Notes under the pieces: generated by a model
Seen by the model: the letters and a program-made list of their open reading frames with translations, nothing else
What the model was told of the DNA's origin: nothing
Databases searched by the model: none
Part shown: positions 28,422 to 41,450 of the stretch, piece by piece
Position numbering within the stretch: position 1 is the first letter of the stretch
Layout of the letters: every line of letters begins with the position of its first letter
Origin: Thermodesulfobacteriota bacterium
Lineage (GTDB): Bacteria; Desulfobacterota_D; UBA1144; Nemesobacterales; Nemesobacteraceae
Direction: 5' to 3'
Length of the DNA stretch: 64,000 nucleotides
Assembly (NCBI GenBank): GCA_965229995.1
Contig: OZ245933.1
Coordinates: 1,451,703 to 1,515,702 of the forward strand
Position numbers and translations under genes: made by a program

Positions 28422-30352
28422 ATGAGCAAAGATTCTATGAGCAAAGAGATGAAAAAACATGGGCAGACCCTTCTTTTCGATAACTTTCCAAACGTATCGA
28501 AAGAGATCTGGAAAAAAGAAGCTGAGAAAAGGATCGGAAACCTAGGAACCTACGAAGATCTTGTATGGCAGACTGAAGACGGCATAGAGATTGAACCTTT
28601 CTACACCGAAGAGGAAACCAAGGATTTTTTGTTCAGGGACAACCTGCTTCCGGGAGAGTTCCCCTTCATCCGCGGAACCCGCAAAAAAGATAACAGATGG
28701 CTTCTTACAGAAGACATAAGACTTGCCGCTCCAAGAGACGCAGTGCGTGATGCGCTTGCGGCGATAAAAGGCGGAGCGGATTCGCTCACCTTCTTTCCGG
28801 AAACGAAAATGAACCGTGAGGTCATCGAGACTCTTATAAAAGATATAGATCCCTTGCGCGTCAGTATCAATTTTGCTTTGAGAGAAGACCCAGAAAAGGT
28901 CTGCGCGCTTTTTATTTCCTGCTGCAGGAAGAAAGGAATCAACTCCCAGGAACTGAACGGGGCAGTCTTTTTCGACCCTCTTTCACAACTGCTCGTGCGT
29001 GGGTCTCTTGTGGCGCCGATTGAGAAGCACGTGGACAAGATCGCGGAAACCATCGGATATCTCTCCGATGCCGCGCCCGGCTACGCAGCGTTTTCTGTAA
29101 AAAGCTCAACGTTTAAAAACTCGGGGGCAACTATAACTCAGGAACTCGCTTTCACGATTGCCGCCGCGGTCGAGTATCTGGTCATGCTCCGCCAGAGGGA
29201 CGTTGACATTGATTGCGCCTGCCGCCACCTCGTTTTTTCCTTTTCGACAGGCTCAAGCTATTTTGCGGAAATCGCCAAGCTTCGCGCTGCAAGAGCACTT
29301 TGGGCAAACGTTGTGGAAAAATTCGCTCCCGCTTCCGCTGAATCTGTAAAAATGAGGATTCACTGCCGTACCTCGACTTTCAACAAAACCATTTACGACT
29401 CGCATGTAAACATACCACGGGCAACACTTGAAGCCATGGCGTCGGTAATCGGGGGAACGGATTCTCTGACCGTGGAACCCTTTGACTCCCACCACAGGGA
29501 ACCCGATGAATTCTCAAGGAGAGTGGCGAGGAACATCCAGCTTCTCATAAAAAACGAATCTCATCTCGACGTAGTGACCGACCCCGGGGGCGGCTCTTAT
29601 CACATAGAGAAACTGACGCAGTCCATCTCGCAGAAATCCCTCGAGTTGTTCCAGGAAATAGAAACAAAAGGCGGCTACCTTGAGTGCCTGAAAAACGGGT
29701 TCATACAGAACGCGGTCGAGAGCAGCAGAAAAAAAACCCTCCTCGACATTTCCCGGAGGAAAAAAACTCTCATCGGAACAAACGAGTTTCCCAACCCTCT
29801 GGAAAAGATGACAGGACACATCAGGAAAACCGCACCCGCGGAAAAAGAGGTAAATAACTCGACCCTTACAGTAAAACCTCTTACACAATCAAGAGCAGCT
29901 CAGGGTTTTGAGAAAACAAGGCTTCTGAGCGAAGAACACGCGGAGAAAACAGGCGAGGCGCCGAAAGTTTTCCTGCTTCACCTGAGCGATTCTCCGCAAA
30001 CGGTCGCAAGATCGGTTTTCTCGATGAATTTCTTCGGATGCGGAGGGTTCGCGGTAGTTGACGGAGCGGAAAATCCGGGGATGCACGAAGGAGTCACCGC
30101 AGCTCTTTCCGAGAGACCACTTGCGGTAGTAATCTGCGGTTCGGACAGAGATTACGAGCAGTTCGCGGAGGAAGCAATAAGAAAACTCAAAAACAAAAGA
30201 GCTGAAATAAAAGTAGTCGTCTCTGAGGGCGCACAAAGCGTACTGGAGAGACTCGCTCAGGCAGGAGCGGATGACTTCATCCACGCAGATTCCGATGTCT
30301 GCGATGTGCTTGAAAGATACCAGCAACCGCTTTTCTCAGACGAGGCCCGCAC

Positions 30353-30356
<4 letters not shown>
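28422..30356 (+). CDS. mutA: Methylmalonyl-CoA mutase small (beta) subunit
   Basis: [42 protein letters not shown]. Lacks the DxHxxG B12 motif. Start 28422 or 28449. Confidence 0.9.
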
Positions 30357-32481
<2,125 letters not shown>

Positions 32482-32485
<4 letters not shown>

Positions 32486-33507
32486 CGCCGCGCAGAAAAA
32501 CAGAAGCGGAGGCCTACCGCCAGGGTATAGCCAAGGGAGAGATACCCGTTCTGAGCAGAGCGATAACCCTTGCGGAAAGCACCCTGCCCGAGCATAAAAA
32601 ACTCGCGCGGGAAATAATCACGTGGTGTCTACCCCGGTCCGGAAAATCCATAAGGGTAGGAATTACAGGCATACCGGGAGTTGGAAAAAGCAGTTTCATA
32701 GAATCTTTGGGCCTCTACCTCGCGCGCGAGTGCGAAAAAAAGATAGCAGTGCTCGCAATTGACCCCACAAGCAGCGAAACGGGAGGAAGTGTTCTCGGCG
32801 ACAAACTCAGAATGCAGGAACTTTCCAGACACGAAAACGTCTATATACGGCCTTCTCCATCGGCCGGCTCCCTCGGAGGAGTTTCAAAAAAGACAAGCGA
32901 CGCGGTGATTCTCTGCGAAGCGGCGGGATTTGACACGATTCTCATAGAAACAGTGGGAGTCGGACAGTCTGAAATCACCTGCCACTCCATGGTCGATTTT
33001 TTCATGCTGCTCATGATTACCGGGGCGGGGGATGACATTCAGGGGATAAAAAAGGGAATAATTGAACGCGCCGATGCCGTATTGATAGCTAAAGCGGACG
33101 GAAGGAACAAAAAGAAGGCGGAGATTACGAGACAGGAAATGGAAGAAGCGCTCAGATTTCATAAACCGCCTGAATCCGGGTGGGTTCCCAGGTCTTACGC
33201 CTGCTCCTCCGTTACGGGCTACGGAATAAGGGAAATCTGGGAATGCGTCGTTGAGTATGAAAAGCTCTGCAGAGAAAACGGATACTTTATGGAAAAAAGG
33301 AAAAAACAGGCGAAATACCGGTTGCACGAAGCGCTGACCCAGAACCTTGAAGACAGCTTTTACGAAAACCCTCTGGTCAAAAAAACGCTCGGCGAAATGG
33401 AAAAAGAAGTGATGGAAGGAAAAACGGACCCGTACACGGGAGCCGCGAATCTGCTTGACCTCTATTTTGAAAAGCTTCGCTTGTCCCCGTCGGCACGAGA
33501 ACAATGA
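32482..33507 (+). CDS. meaB: Methylmalonyl-CoA mutase-associated GTPase
   Basis: [34 protein letters not shown]. Confidence 0.95.
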
Positions 33508-33977
33508 TTATCAAAGCTGTTTCACTCGAGCACATTGACGAGGTCGCGAAAATCGAAGATGACTCCTTCATCACCCCGTGGCCGAAACAGATACTCGCCG
33601 ATTACATAAAAAAACCGGGTTTTTTCTGCAACATCGCGATAAGCGGAAGCGACAAGAACGTTGCGGGCTACTCCATATCCACCCTTATTTACGATGAAAT
33701 TCACGTATTTAAGATTGCCGTGTCACGCTGCCACAGGAGAAAGGGAGTGGCGATTGAACTGCTTTCCGACACGTTTAATTTTTACGAAAAGATGGGAGCC
33801 CTCTCCGTGATTCTTGAGGTAAGAACAACAAACACCCCTGCGATCGCTCTTTACAAAAAACTCGGGTTCGAAATTGTAAGGACGCGTAAAAACTACTACG
33901 GCAGGGACAGGGGAGACGCTTTTGTCATGGGCCTTGCGCTTGACCTATACTATCAGAAGTTTCTCTCAGCCACGTAA
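33504..33977 (+). CDS. rimI: Ribosomal protein S18 alanine N-acetyltransferase
   Basis: IE..SF.TPW, LEVR.TN.PAI.LYKKLGF, RKNYY. Confidence 0.9.
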   Translation: MIIKAVSLEHIDEVAKIEDDSFITPWPKQILADYIKKPGFFCNIAISGSDKNVAGYSISTLIYDEIHVFKIAVSRCHRRKGVAIELLSDTFNFYEKMGALSVILEVRTTNTPAIALYKKLGFEIVRTRKNYYGRDRGDAFVMGLALDLYYQKFLSAT

Positions 33978-34936
33978 TCGGCAAGGCAGCCGAGGGATTC
34001 TTTATAATCGCTCTTGGCTATCCCATCCAGAGACTTTTTTGCGTCGACAACAAATTCTTTTGCACGTTGCCTGGTCAGGTCGACTCCCCGGTAGTGGCTT
34101 ACGATCTCCGTTATTTCCGCTATCTCGGAACTATCAAGTTCATCTTCCTTATCAAGCGTTTCGATCACTTTGCGTCTTATGTCTTCCGGGGCGTTTTCAA
34201 TTGAATAGTAAAGCGGGAGGGTCATCTTGCGTTCAGCCAGGTCCTGGCCGGTCTTTTTTCCGAACTTGTTTTCCTCCGAACAGTAATCAAGCGCATCGTC
34301 TATAAGCTGAAACGCTATTCCTATGTTGTGGCCGTAGCATGAAAGAGCTTTAACCGCTCCATTTGAAGTGTTCGCCAAAAGCGCTCCGGTCTCAGTCGAG
34401 CACTCAATCAGCGCCGCCGTTTTGTGATCAATTACGGAAAAACAGAAATCCTCTGAAATTTCAATCATCTTTCTTTCGCTCATGATCTCAAGTACATGAC
34501 CCTCGGCTAGGCGTGATGAGGCCCTGGAAACCACCCTCAGAAGTTCAAGACTGCCACAGCTGTATATGAGCTCAAGGCCTCGTGCAAGCATAAAGTCCCC
34601 TACGAGCACGGTGGGTTTGTTTCCCCAGACCATATTGGAAGAGGCGTTTCCTCTTCTGAATTCCGCCTGATCAACCACGTCATCGTGAAAAAGGGTGCCG
34701 GCGTGGAAAAGTTCAATGCCCGCAGCGGCCGCAATCCGGTTCTCCCCTTCGGTAAGCCCGCAGGCCGCACTTGAAAGAAGAACGAGAGAAGGTCTGATTC
34801 TTTTTCCCCCTCCGCCAAGTAGGTACTTGGCTATTTCGTAAACCAGCGGAATATCGGATTTTATGAATTCATCGATTTTCCTCTCCGTTTCCGCAAGGCT
34901 GGGGTGAATTATCTCAATTATGTCCGAGAACTCCAT
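33953..34936 (-). CDS. Polyprenyl diphosphate synthase (IspB-like)
   Basis: GGKRIRP, HDDVVD, RRG, KTA, FQLIDD.LD. Confidence 0.92.
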   Translation of the reverse strand: MEFSDIIEIIHPSLAETERKIDEFIKSDIPLVYEIAKYLLGGGGKRIRPSLVLLSSAACGLTEGENRIAAAAGIELFHAGTLFHDDVVDQAEFRRGNASSNMVWGNKPTVLVGDFMLARGLELIYSCGSLELLRVVSRASSRLAEGHVLEIMSERKMIEISEDFCFSVIDHKTAALIECSTETGALLANTSNGAVKALSCYGHNIGIAFQLIDDALDYCSEENKFGKKTGQDLAERKMTLPLYYSIENAPEDIRRKVIETLDKEDELDSSEIAEITEIVSHYRGVDLTRQRAKEFVVDAKKSLDGIAKSDYKESLGCLADYVAERNF

Positions 34937-35066
34937 CGGACGCTTAGACTATATGAACGAACCCGACAAGTCAAAGACTGGACACCACGGTGAACCTGAT
35001 GTAAGTTTCCTTTTTCAAAGGAAATTTTGCGCAAGATAGTCCGCAAAAATGTAACGGTAAACCGAT

Positions 35067-35603
35067 TTGAACTATTTCGACATCTTACTCTTATGCATGA
35101 TGCTAATCTGTTTCGCGGCGGGACTCAGATCAGGTGTTATAAAACAGGTTTTCTCCCTCTCAGCCATAATAGGGGGGATCGTGCTGGGCTTTTTTTTTCA
35201 CGAATCTCTCGGAACTGTCTTACTTGAAAACAATATCATCGCCGAACCGAAAATTGCGGATATTCTGGGATTTCTGATAGTAGCCTGCCTTGCGTACATG
35301 CTCATACATTATCTCTCGCATTTCCTGACGGACCTGATGGAAAAGATCAAAATGGGGTGGCTTAACCACCTTCTCGGCGGAGCGATGGGGTTTATAGTCG
35401 GTCTGCTGCTTTGTTACCTCGTGGTAGCGGGGGTCAAGCAATTTGTGGATGAGGATGCTCCTTTCGTTAAAAATTCCGTTCTGGCACCCAAAGTCATCAT
35501 CGGATATCACATTATCAGGGAACAGGCTCCGGATAACATTGATGAAAGCTTGGAAAAACTCCGGGAACTTAGGGAAGGAAAACGAAAGTCAGGCTTTGAA
35601 TGA
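35067..35603 (+). CDS. CvpA family membrane protein
   Basis: MN.FDI, G.R.G.IKQ, LN..LGG..G pattern. Confidence 0.85.
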   Translation: MNYFDILLLCMMLICFAAGLRSGVIKQVFSLSAIIGGIVLGFFFHESLGTVLLENNIIAEPKIADILGFLIVACLAYMLIHYLSHFLTDLMEKIKMGWLNHLLGGAMGFIVGLLLCYLVVAGVKQFVDEDAPFVKNSVLAPKVIIGYHIIREQAPDNIDESLEKLRELREGKRKSGFE

Positions 35604-35808
35604 GTGGGGATGAGCCGCTGGATTCTCATAGCTGCCTTCTCCACAATACTACTTTGAGGACCCTGGAAACCTGTGTGGCTTGTGAGGCTGAAACATTTTT
35701 TCTCCAATCATTATTAATCTATGTTCCCTTAATTAACTCTACCGATTCAGTTAAACTCCTATAGGAAAAATGTCTTGTCCATGACCTTCTTCTAGAACAA
35801 CTCGCGAC

Positions 35809-36828
35809 ATGGTTTCAATAACTACTCTTGACGAATTTATCATAAGAAATCAGTATGAGTTTCCGTATTCCACCGGAGAACTCTCCAGACTGCTTCGGGA
35901 TATAGGGTTCGCCGCGAAAATAGTTCACAGGGAAGTGAACAAAGCCGGTTTGGTCGCGGAGATCCTGGGCAAAACGGGCCAGATAAACATTCAGGGAGAA
36001 GAGGTAAGAAAGCTAGATTCCTACGCGAACGAAAGATTTCTGACCGCGCTTGAACATGGCGGAGAATGCGCCGGTGTGGCCTCTGAGGAGAACGAGTATT
36101 TCATACCTTTTTCAGACGAGAAATCGAAAACCTCAAAATACGTCATAGCGATGGATCCTCTTGACGGATCCTCTAACATAGACGTAAACGTCTCAGTAGG
36201 AACCATATTCTCCATATACAGACGGACTTCGAAGATGTTCTCCCCCTGCCTCAAGGAGGATTTCCTGCAGGCGGGAAAAGCCCAGACGGCTGCCGGATAC
36301 ATAATATACGGTTCTTCGACCATGCTGGTGTACACGACCGGCCATGGAGTAAACGGGTTTACCCTTGACCCGTCGATAGGAGAGTTCTGCCTCTCCCATC
36401 CGAACATAAAGATCCCGAGCCACGGCGATATCTTCTCGGTTAACTACTATAACTATCCGAAATTCCCGGAGAGGATAAGGAAATATCTCGATCATTCCAA
36501 GAACGGAGAAGACAATCCCAATCTTTCGCTCAGGTACGTCGGGTCCATGGTCGCCGACATTCACAGGAATCTGCTCAAAGGAGGAATATTCCTTTATCCG
36601 GAAACCTCGGATTCTCCGAACGGAAAACTCAGACTTCTTTACGAGTGCAACCCTATGGCCTTTATCGTTGAACAGGCCGGAGGAGCGGCATCGAGCGGAA
36701 CGGAGAGAATGCTTGACATTCGGCCGACGGAACTTCACCAGAGAACCCCTATATATATCGGTTCCTATAATATGGTAAGCAAACTCCTGAACTTCTTAAA
36801 AGACACTAAAGAATCTGAGAGGGAGTAA
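35809..36828 (+). CDS. fbp: Fructose-1,6-bisphosphatase class 1
   Basis: [32 protein letters not shown]. Confidence 0.97.
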   Translation: MVSITTLDEFIIRNQYEFPYSTGELSRLLRDIGFAAKIVHREVNKAGLVAEILGKTGQINIQGEEVRKLDSYANERFLTALEHGGECAGVASEENEYFIPFSDEKSKTSKYVIAMDPLDGSSNIDVNVSVGTIFSIYRRTSKMFSPCLKEDFLQAGKAQTAAGYIIYGSSTMLVYTTGHGVNGFTLDPSIGEFCLSHPNIKIPSHGDIFSVNYYNYPKFPERIRKYLDHSKNGEDNPNLSLRYVGSMVADIHRNLLKGGIFLYPETSDSPNGKLRLLYECNPMAFIVEQAGGAASSGTERMLDIRPTELHQRTPIYIGSYNMVSKLLNFLKDTKESERE

Positions 36829-36830
36829 AA

Positions 36831-37877
36831 ATGGGCGAAAAAATCAGTTTCGGGCTTACCGCACCCCTTCCAGGCAAACCCGTTACCGAGCTCGTGGATT
36901 TCGCCGTCCGCTGCGAGGCTGCTGGTTTCGATGCCGTATGGTTTCCCGACCACATACTGTTTATGGCGAAAAAACTGACCCCCGAAGTGTGGTCAATAAT
37001 CACGGCGGCTGCGGTAAAAACAGACAGAATCCGCCTTGGAGCCATCGGGGACCCTCACAGATCCCATCCCGCAATATTCGCCCACAGACTCGCAACTATA
37101 GACAACCTCTCTCAGGGAAGAGCGTTCAGCTGTCTTGGATACGGGGAAAAGATGAATCTTGATTACTACGGCATAAACTGGAACAGGCCTCTTGCGCGTC
37201 TGCGGGAAGCTGTGCCGCTTATGAGGCGGCTGTGGGCGGGGGAAACAGTGACCTTCCAAGGGGAGTTCTACTTCCTTAGTGAAGCCGAAGTAAGGATAAG
37301 CCCAGTTAACGGAAAAGAAGTTCCGTTATACATAGCCGCGACCGGTCCGAAAGCTCTTGGGGCCGCTGGTGCGCTTGGAAACGGCTGGGTAACAAACGCG
37401 ATGCCAACCTGGGTTTTCTCAAGCAAACTCGGGGAAGTGGAGAAAGCCATGAATGAGAACCCCGTCGCCTGGGAGAACTTTGAGAAGTGCATATACATTT
37501 TTGTGTCCATCGCCAAGGATAAAGACACCGCCTACCAGACTCTGGACAGAATAAAACACGCTATAATCTGGCCCGATGTCATAGAGGAAGCCGGATACGA
37601 TCTCAAAATAGACCCGCAGTACAAGGGGCTTTCCTACACAAGCATAATGCCAAACGACCAGGATATGCTAACCAGATTCAGACAGATGGGAGAAAAGTAC
37701 TATACCCGGGAGATACTGTCCGATTTCGTGATTTACGGAACAGCCCGCGACGCTATAAAAAGGTTTGAGGAATACATAGAAGCCGGAGTCACCCACTTCA
37801 TAATCAGGGATTTCAGTCCCGACCTAGAATATTCCTTTGACGTGCTTGCAGGGGAAGTAACCGGTCACTTCAAGTGA
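36831..37877 (+). CDS. LLM-class (probably F420-dependent) oxidoreductase
   Basis: E.AGFDAVW.PDH, ATIDNLSQGR, PLYIAATGPK. Confidence 0.88.
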   Translation: MGEKISFGLTAPLPGKPVTELVDFAVRCEAAGFDAVWFPDHILFMAKKLTPEVWSIITAAAVKTDRIRLGAIGDPHRSHPAIFAHRLATIDNLSQGRAFSCLGYGEKMNLDYYGINWNRPLARLREAVPLMRRLWAGETVTFQGEFYFLSEAEVRISPVNGKEVPLYIAATGPKALGAAGALGNGWVTNAMPTWVFSSKLGEVEKAMNENPVAWENFEKCIYIFVSIAKDKDTAYQTLDRIKHAIIWPDVIEEAGYDLKIDPQYKGLSYTSIMPNDQDMLTRFRQMGEKYYTREILSDFVIYGTARDAIKRFEEYIEAGVTHFIIRDFSPDLEYSFDVLAGEVTGHFK

Positions 37878-37887
37878 TTCCCGCCGT

Positions 37888-38961
37888 TTAGGCAACCGTG
37901 ATTCCCCGCTCCAGGTAGACGTTCTGAATGGTTTTCAGAAGCGCAACTCCTTCGTTCATGGGTTTCTGGAAAGATTTTCTTCCGCTTATGAGCCCCATTC
38001 CTCCGGCTCTTTTGTTTATAATGGCAGTTCTCAGCGCGTCTCCGAGATCGTCTGGACCCGAAGCACCCCCCGAATTTATTAGCCCTATTCTTCCCATGTA
38101 GCAATTCGCGAGTTGATAGCGGGTGAGATCTATGGGGTGATCGGAAGTCAGTTTTGAATAAACGCGCTCGTGGGTCTTTCCGAAGGAAAGGGCCGTGAAG
38201 CCGCCGTTGTTTTCCGGAAGCTTCTGCTTGACTATATCGGCGCCTACACTCACCGAAAGGTGGTTTGCCTGCCCCGTGAGATCAGCTGAGACATGGTAAT
38301 CGGCCTCATCCTGCTTGAAAGCCGGGTTTCTCAGATAAGCCCAGAGTATGGTCGCCAAACCCAGGGAATGGGCGTGGCTGAAAACCTCGGATATTTCCTG
38401 AATCTGACGAGGACTTTCCTCGGAACCAAAATATATCGTCGCGCCGACCGCTACTGCTCCCATCTGAAAAGCCTGGTCGACGTTTCCGAAAAGAATCTGG
38501 TCGAAAGTATTGGGATAACTAAGCAGCTCATTGTGGTTGATCTTGGCTATGAAAGGAATTTTATGCGCGTATTTTCTTGAGACCGAACCCAGTACCCCCA
38601 CGGTCGAGGCCACGGCGTTACAGCCCCCCTCAATTGCGAGCTTCACTATGTTCTCCGGATCGAAATAGATAGGATTCACCGCAAAAGAAGCTCCTGCCGA
38701 GTGCTCAATCCCCTGGTCCACCGGAAGAATGGATACGTATCCAGTTCCTCCGAGCCGTCCGTGGTTAAGGATGGTCTGCAGGTTTCTGATTACCGCGGGC
38801 GAGCGGTCGTTCTGGACGAATACCTCGTCTATGTAATCCGGGCCGGGGAGATGAAGGCTTTTTTTGCTTATAGTAGAGCACTTGTGGCCGAGCAGGTATT
38901 CCGAATCCTCTCCCAGCACCGCCTGTATCTTGTCGATCCCCTTAAGTTCTTTTATTGCCAT
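37888..38961 (-). CDS. fbaB: Fructose-bisphosphate aldolase class I
   Basis: [33 protein letters not shown]. Confidence 0.96.
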   Translation of the reverse strand: MAIKELKGIDKIQAVLGEDSEYLLGHKCSTISKKSLHLPGPDYIDEVFVQNDRSPAVIRNLQTILNHGRLGGTGYVSILPVDQGIEHSAGASFAVNPIYFDPENIVKLAIEGGCNAVASTVGVLGSVSRKYAHKIPFIAKINHNELLSYPNTFDQILFGNVDQAFQMGAVAVGATIYFGSEESPRQIQEISEVFSHAHSLGLATILWAYLRNPAFKQDEADYHVSADLTGQANHLSVSVGADIVKQKLPENNGGFTALSFGKTHERVYSKLTSDHPIDLTRYQLANCYMGRIGLINSGGASGPDDLGDALRTAIINKRAGGMGLISGRKSFQKPMNEGVALLKTIQNVYLERGITVA

Positions 38962-39014
38962 GAGTTCACCCCTGAAAATCTCAGATTCTATCGAAATAAA
39001 TACCTGATCGGGCC

Positions 39015-40211
39015 CTAACTGTCACTGAGAATCGATATTCCCGGAAGATCGGATCTTCCGAGGAATTCAAAACAGGCCCCACCCCCGGTTGACACATGGG
39101 TTACCTCGGAAAATTTAACCCCGGACTTTTTAAGCGCCACAACGCTGTCTCCTCCTCCAAGAACCGTAGTAGCCCCTCTCCACGTGGCAAGGGCAAACGA
39201 TCTGGCGATGGAGCTTGTGCCGTTTGAAAAATCGTCCATCTCGAAAAATCCCATGGGGCCGTTCCAGAAAACCGTGCCCTCCCCTTTTATATGGGAAGTG
39301 AATTTCTCCACCGTCTTCGGCCCTATGTCAAAAGCCGTCATGTCATCGGGAATCTCTGCTGCAGTCACCACAAGTGTTCTTTTGCCGCTGGTGGCCTCGG
39401 CCATTACGTGGTCGATGGGCAGAAGGATTTTTTCCTTGTAGGTTTCAAGAGCCTCCCGGGCCCAGTAAAGCATTTCCTTTTCCACGGGGCATTTCCCGAC
39501 GCTCACCCCAGACGCCGCCAGAAAAGTATAAGCTACCCCGCCACCCACAAGAACCCTGTCCGCCTTTTTGATTATGTTCTTGAGAGCTCCTATCTTGTCT
39601 TTTATCTTCATTCCCCCAACAATAACCACGTAGGGTTTCTTGGGTTTTCTTATGAGACGGCTCAAAAACCTCATTTCGTTTCCCACCATGAGGCCCGCGA
39701 GCTTTTTCTCGAAGTGGGCAGTCATTCCGTAAGTGGAGGCGTGAGCCCTGTGCGATGTGCCGAAAGCTTCGTTCACGTAGATATCGGCCAAAGAGGCGAG
39801 TTTCTTCGAAAAATCCGCGTCGTTTTCCGTTTCCTCATTGTGATACCTGAGGTTCTCAAGGAGCATTACCTCACCGTTTTTGAGTTTTTTCGAGGCGTTT
39901 TCAACCTTCTTGCCCACAACGGCACCCGGAAAACGGATCTTGGCTCCCAAAAACTCGCCAAGCCTCGCCGCCACCGGAGCCATTGAAAGATCTTCTACCC
40001 TGCGTCCCTTGGGTCTTCCCATGTGAGAAGCAAGTATTACCCTGGCTCCGCACTTGGTAAGGTAATCGATTGTGGGGATAGTGCGTCTTATTCTGTAATC
40101 TTCGGTTATTTTCCCATCGTTTACAGGAACGTTGAAATCAACCCTTACGAAAACTCTTTTCCCTTCGTACTGCGAACCGGGAAGATCGGTTACAAGAAGC
40201 TTTTTCTTCAA
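39015..40211 (-). CDS. pgk: Phosphoglycerate kinase
   Basis: [38 protein letters not shown]. Confidence 0.97.
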   Translation of the reverse strand: MKKKLLVTDLPGSQYEGKRVFVRVDFNVPVNDGKITEDYRIRRTIPTIDYLTKCGARVILASHMGRPKGRRVEDLSMAPVAARLGEFLGAKIRFPGAVVGKKVENASKKLKNGEVMLLENLRYHNEETENDADFSKKLASLADIYVNEAFGTSHRAHASTYGMTAHFEKKLAGLMVGNEMRFLSRLIRKPKKPYVVIVGGMKIKDKIGALKNIIKKADRVLVGGGVAYTFLAASGVSVGKCPVEKEMLYWAREALETYKEKILLPIDHVMAEATSGKRTLVVTAAEIPDDMTAFDIGPKTVEKFTSHIKGEGTVFWNGPMGFFEMDDFSNGTSSIARSFALATWRGATTVLGGGDSVVALKKSGVKFSEVTHVSTGGGACFEFLGRSDLPGISILSDS

Positions 40212-41215
40212 AGCGTTCTTCCGACAAGCGCTATAAGATCAACTACCCTGGAAGTGTATCCATACTCGTTATCGTACCAGGCGACAACCTTGACCAGGCT
40301 ATCCTCTACAACCGAAGTCAGCAGGGAGTCAAAAGAGCAGGAATGGGTGTCTCCCACCAGATCGGAAGAAACGATTTCGTCCTCGACGTATGCCAGGTAA
40401 ACGCCGAGGTTTCCTTCGGCCGCCTCCTTAAATTTCGCGTTTACTTCCTCCGTGGAAGTTCCTTTCTCCACTTCGCAGGTAAAATCCACAAGCGACACGT
40501 TTGGCGTAGGCACTCTTACGGCGACTGCGGAGAGTTTTCCCTTGAGTTCAGGGAAGACGATCTGTATTGCATTTGCCGCCCCGGTGCTGGTGGGAATAAT
40601 TGAAAGAGCGGCCGCTCTTGCCCTTCTTTTATCCTTATGAGGAGTGTCAAGTATTCTCTGATCATTCGTATAGGAATGTATGGTGGTCATCGCCCCCCGC
40701 CTTATTGCGAAATTTTCGTGGAGAACTTTGACCAGCATACCGAAACAGTTGGTCGTGCAGGACGCGTTTGAGATCACGTCGTGACTTTCGGGCTCGTACT
40801 CATGGTCGTTTATGCCCATTACCGTAGTGAAATCCACCTTGCCGCTTGCGGGCGCGGTAATTATGACCTTTTTCACGGTCTCGCCCATGTGCGCCGCCGC
40901 AGCCTCGCGGGTTCTGAAAATACCGCTTGCCTCCGCCACGACCTGCGCTCCCGTGTCGGCCCACGGAATATTCGCAGGGTTTCTCTCAGAAAACACCTTT
41001 ATGGATTTTCCGTCAACGGTTATTCCCTCGTCGTCGTACTTTACCTCTCCCGGGTAGCGACCGAACACCGAATCATACTTGAAAAGATGGGCCAGGGTTT
41101 CTGTATCGGTAATATCGTTTATGCCCACGAACTCAAGATCTTCTCTACCAAGACCAATTCTAAGTGCGTGCCTTCCTATCCTCCCGAACCCATTTATTCC
41201 AACCCTGATAGACAT
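40208..41215 (-). CDS. gap: Glyceraldehyde-3-phosphate dehydrogenase type I
   Basis: GINGFGRIGR, SNASCTTNC, WYDNE. ATG 41215 follows RBS GGAGG. Confidence 0.97.
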   Translation of the reverse strand: MSIRVGINGFGRIGRHALRIGLGREDLEFVGINDITDTETLAHLFKYDSVFGRYPGEVKYDDEGITVDGKSIKVFSERNPANIPWADTGAQVVAEASGIFRTREAAAAHMGETVKKVIITAPASGKVDFTTVMGINDHEYEPESHDVISNASCTTNCFGMLVKVLHENFAIRRGAMTTIHSYTNDQRILDTPHKDKRRARAAALSIIPTSTGAANAIQIVFPELKGKLSAVAVRVPTPNVSLVDFTCEVEKGTSTEEVNAKFKEAAEGNLGVYLAYVEDEIVSSDLVGDTHSCSFDSLLTSVVEDSLVKVVAWYDNEYGYTSRVVDLIALVGRTL

Positions 41216-41381
41216 CGTAAAACCTCCGAAACTTGACTTTGAATTTCGCAAAAACTATACACTTGTCTGCGGTTAGTTAAATAGGGTAATCAATTTGAGA
41301 ATAATCACAGTGGTTCGCCCCGTGGCCGCGCCACTTCACACAGCCATACGAATGGTAAAGCATCGTGATTTTAGTTGATTC

Positions 41382-41444
41382 TTTCCACCCGGCTTCCAGT
41401 TAACTAAGCCTCTCGAAACACCTTTTGTAATTGTACCGGATGAT
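41382..41444. repeat. Degenerate direct repeat, copy A (downstream of RND permease)
   Basis: 47 of 63 aligned positions match 44713-44774 by manual alignment, including TTTCCACCCG and GTAATTGTACCGGAT. Confidence 0.75.
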
Positions 41445-41450
41445 TAGGCA

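Noticed and set aside
28417-28446. 15-bp tandem duplication ATTCTATGAGCAAAG at the mutA start
   Set aside because: A real micro-duplication, but it only adds an alternative in-frame start. No evidence of function.
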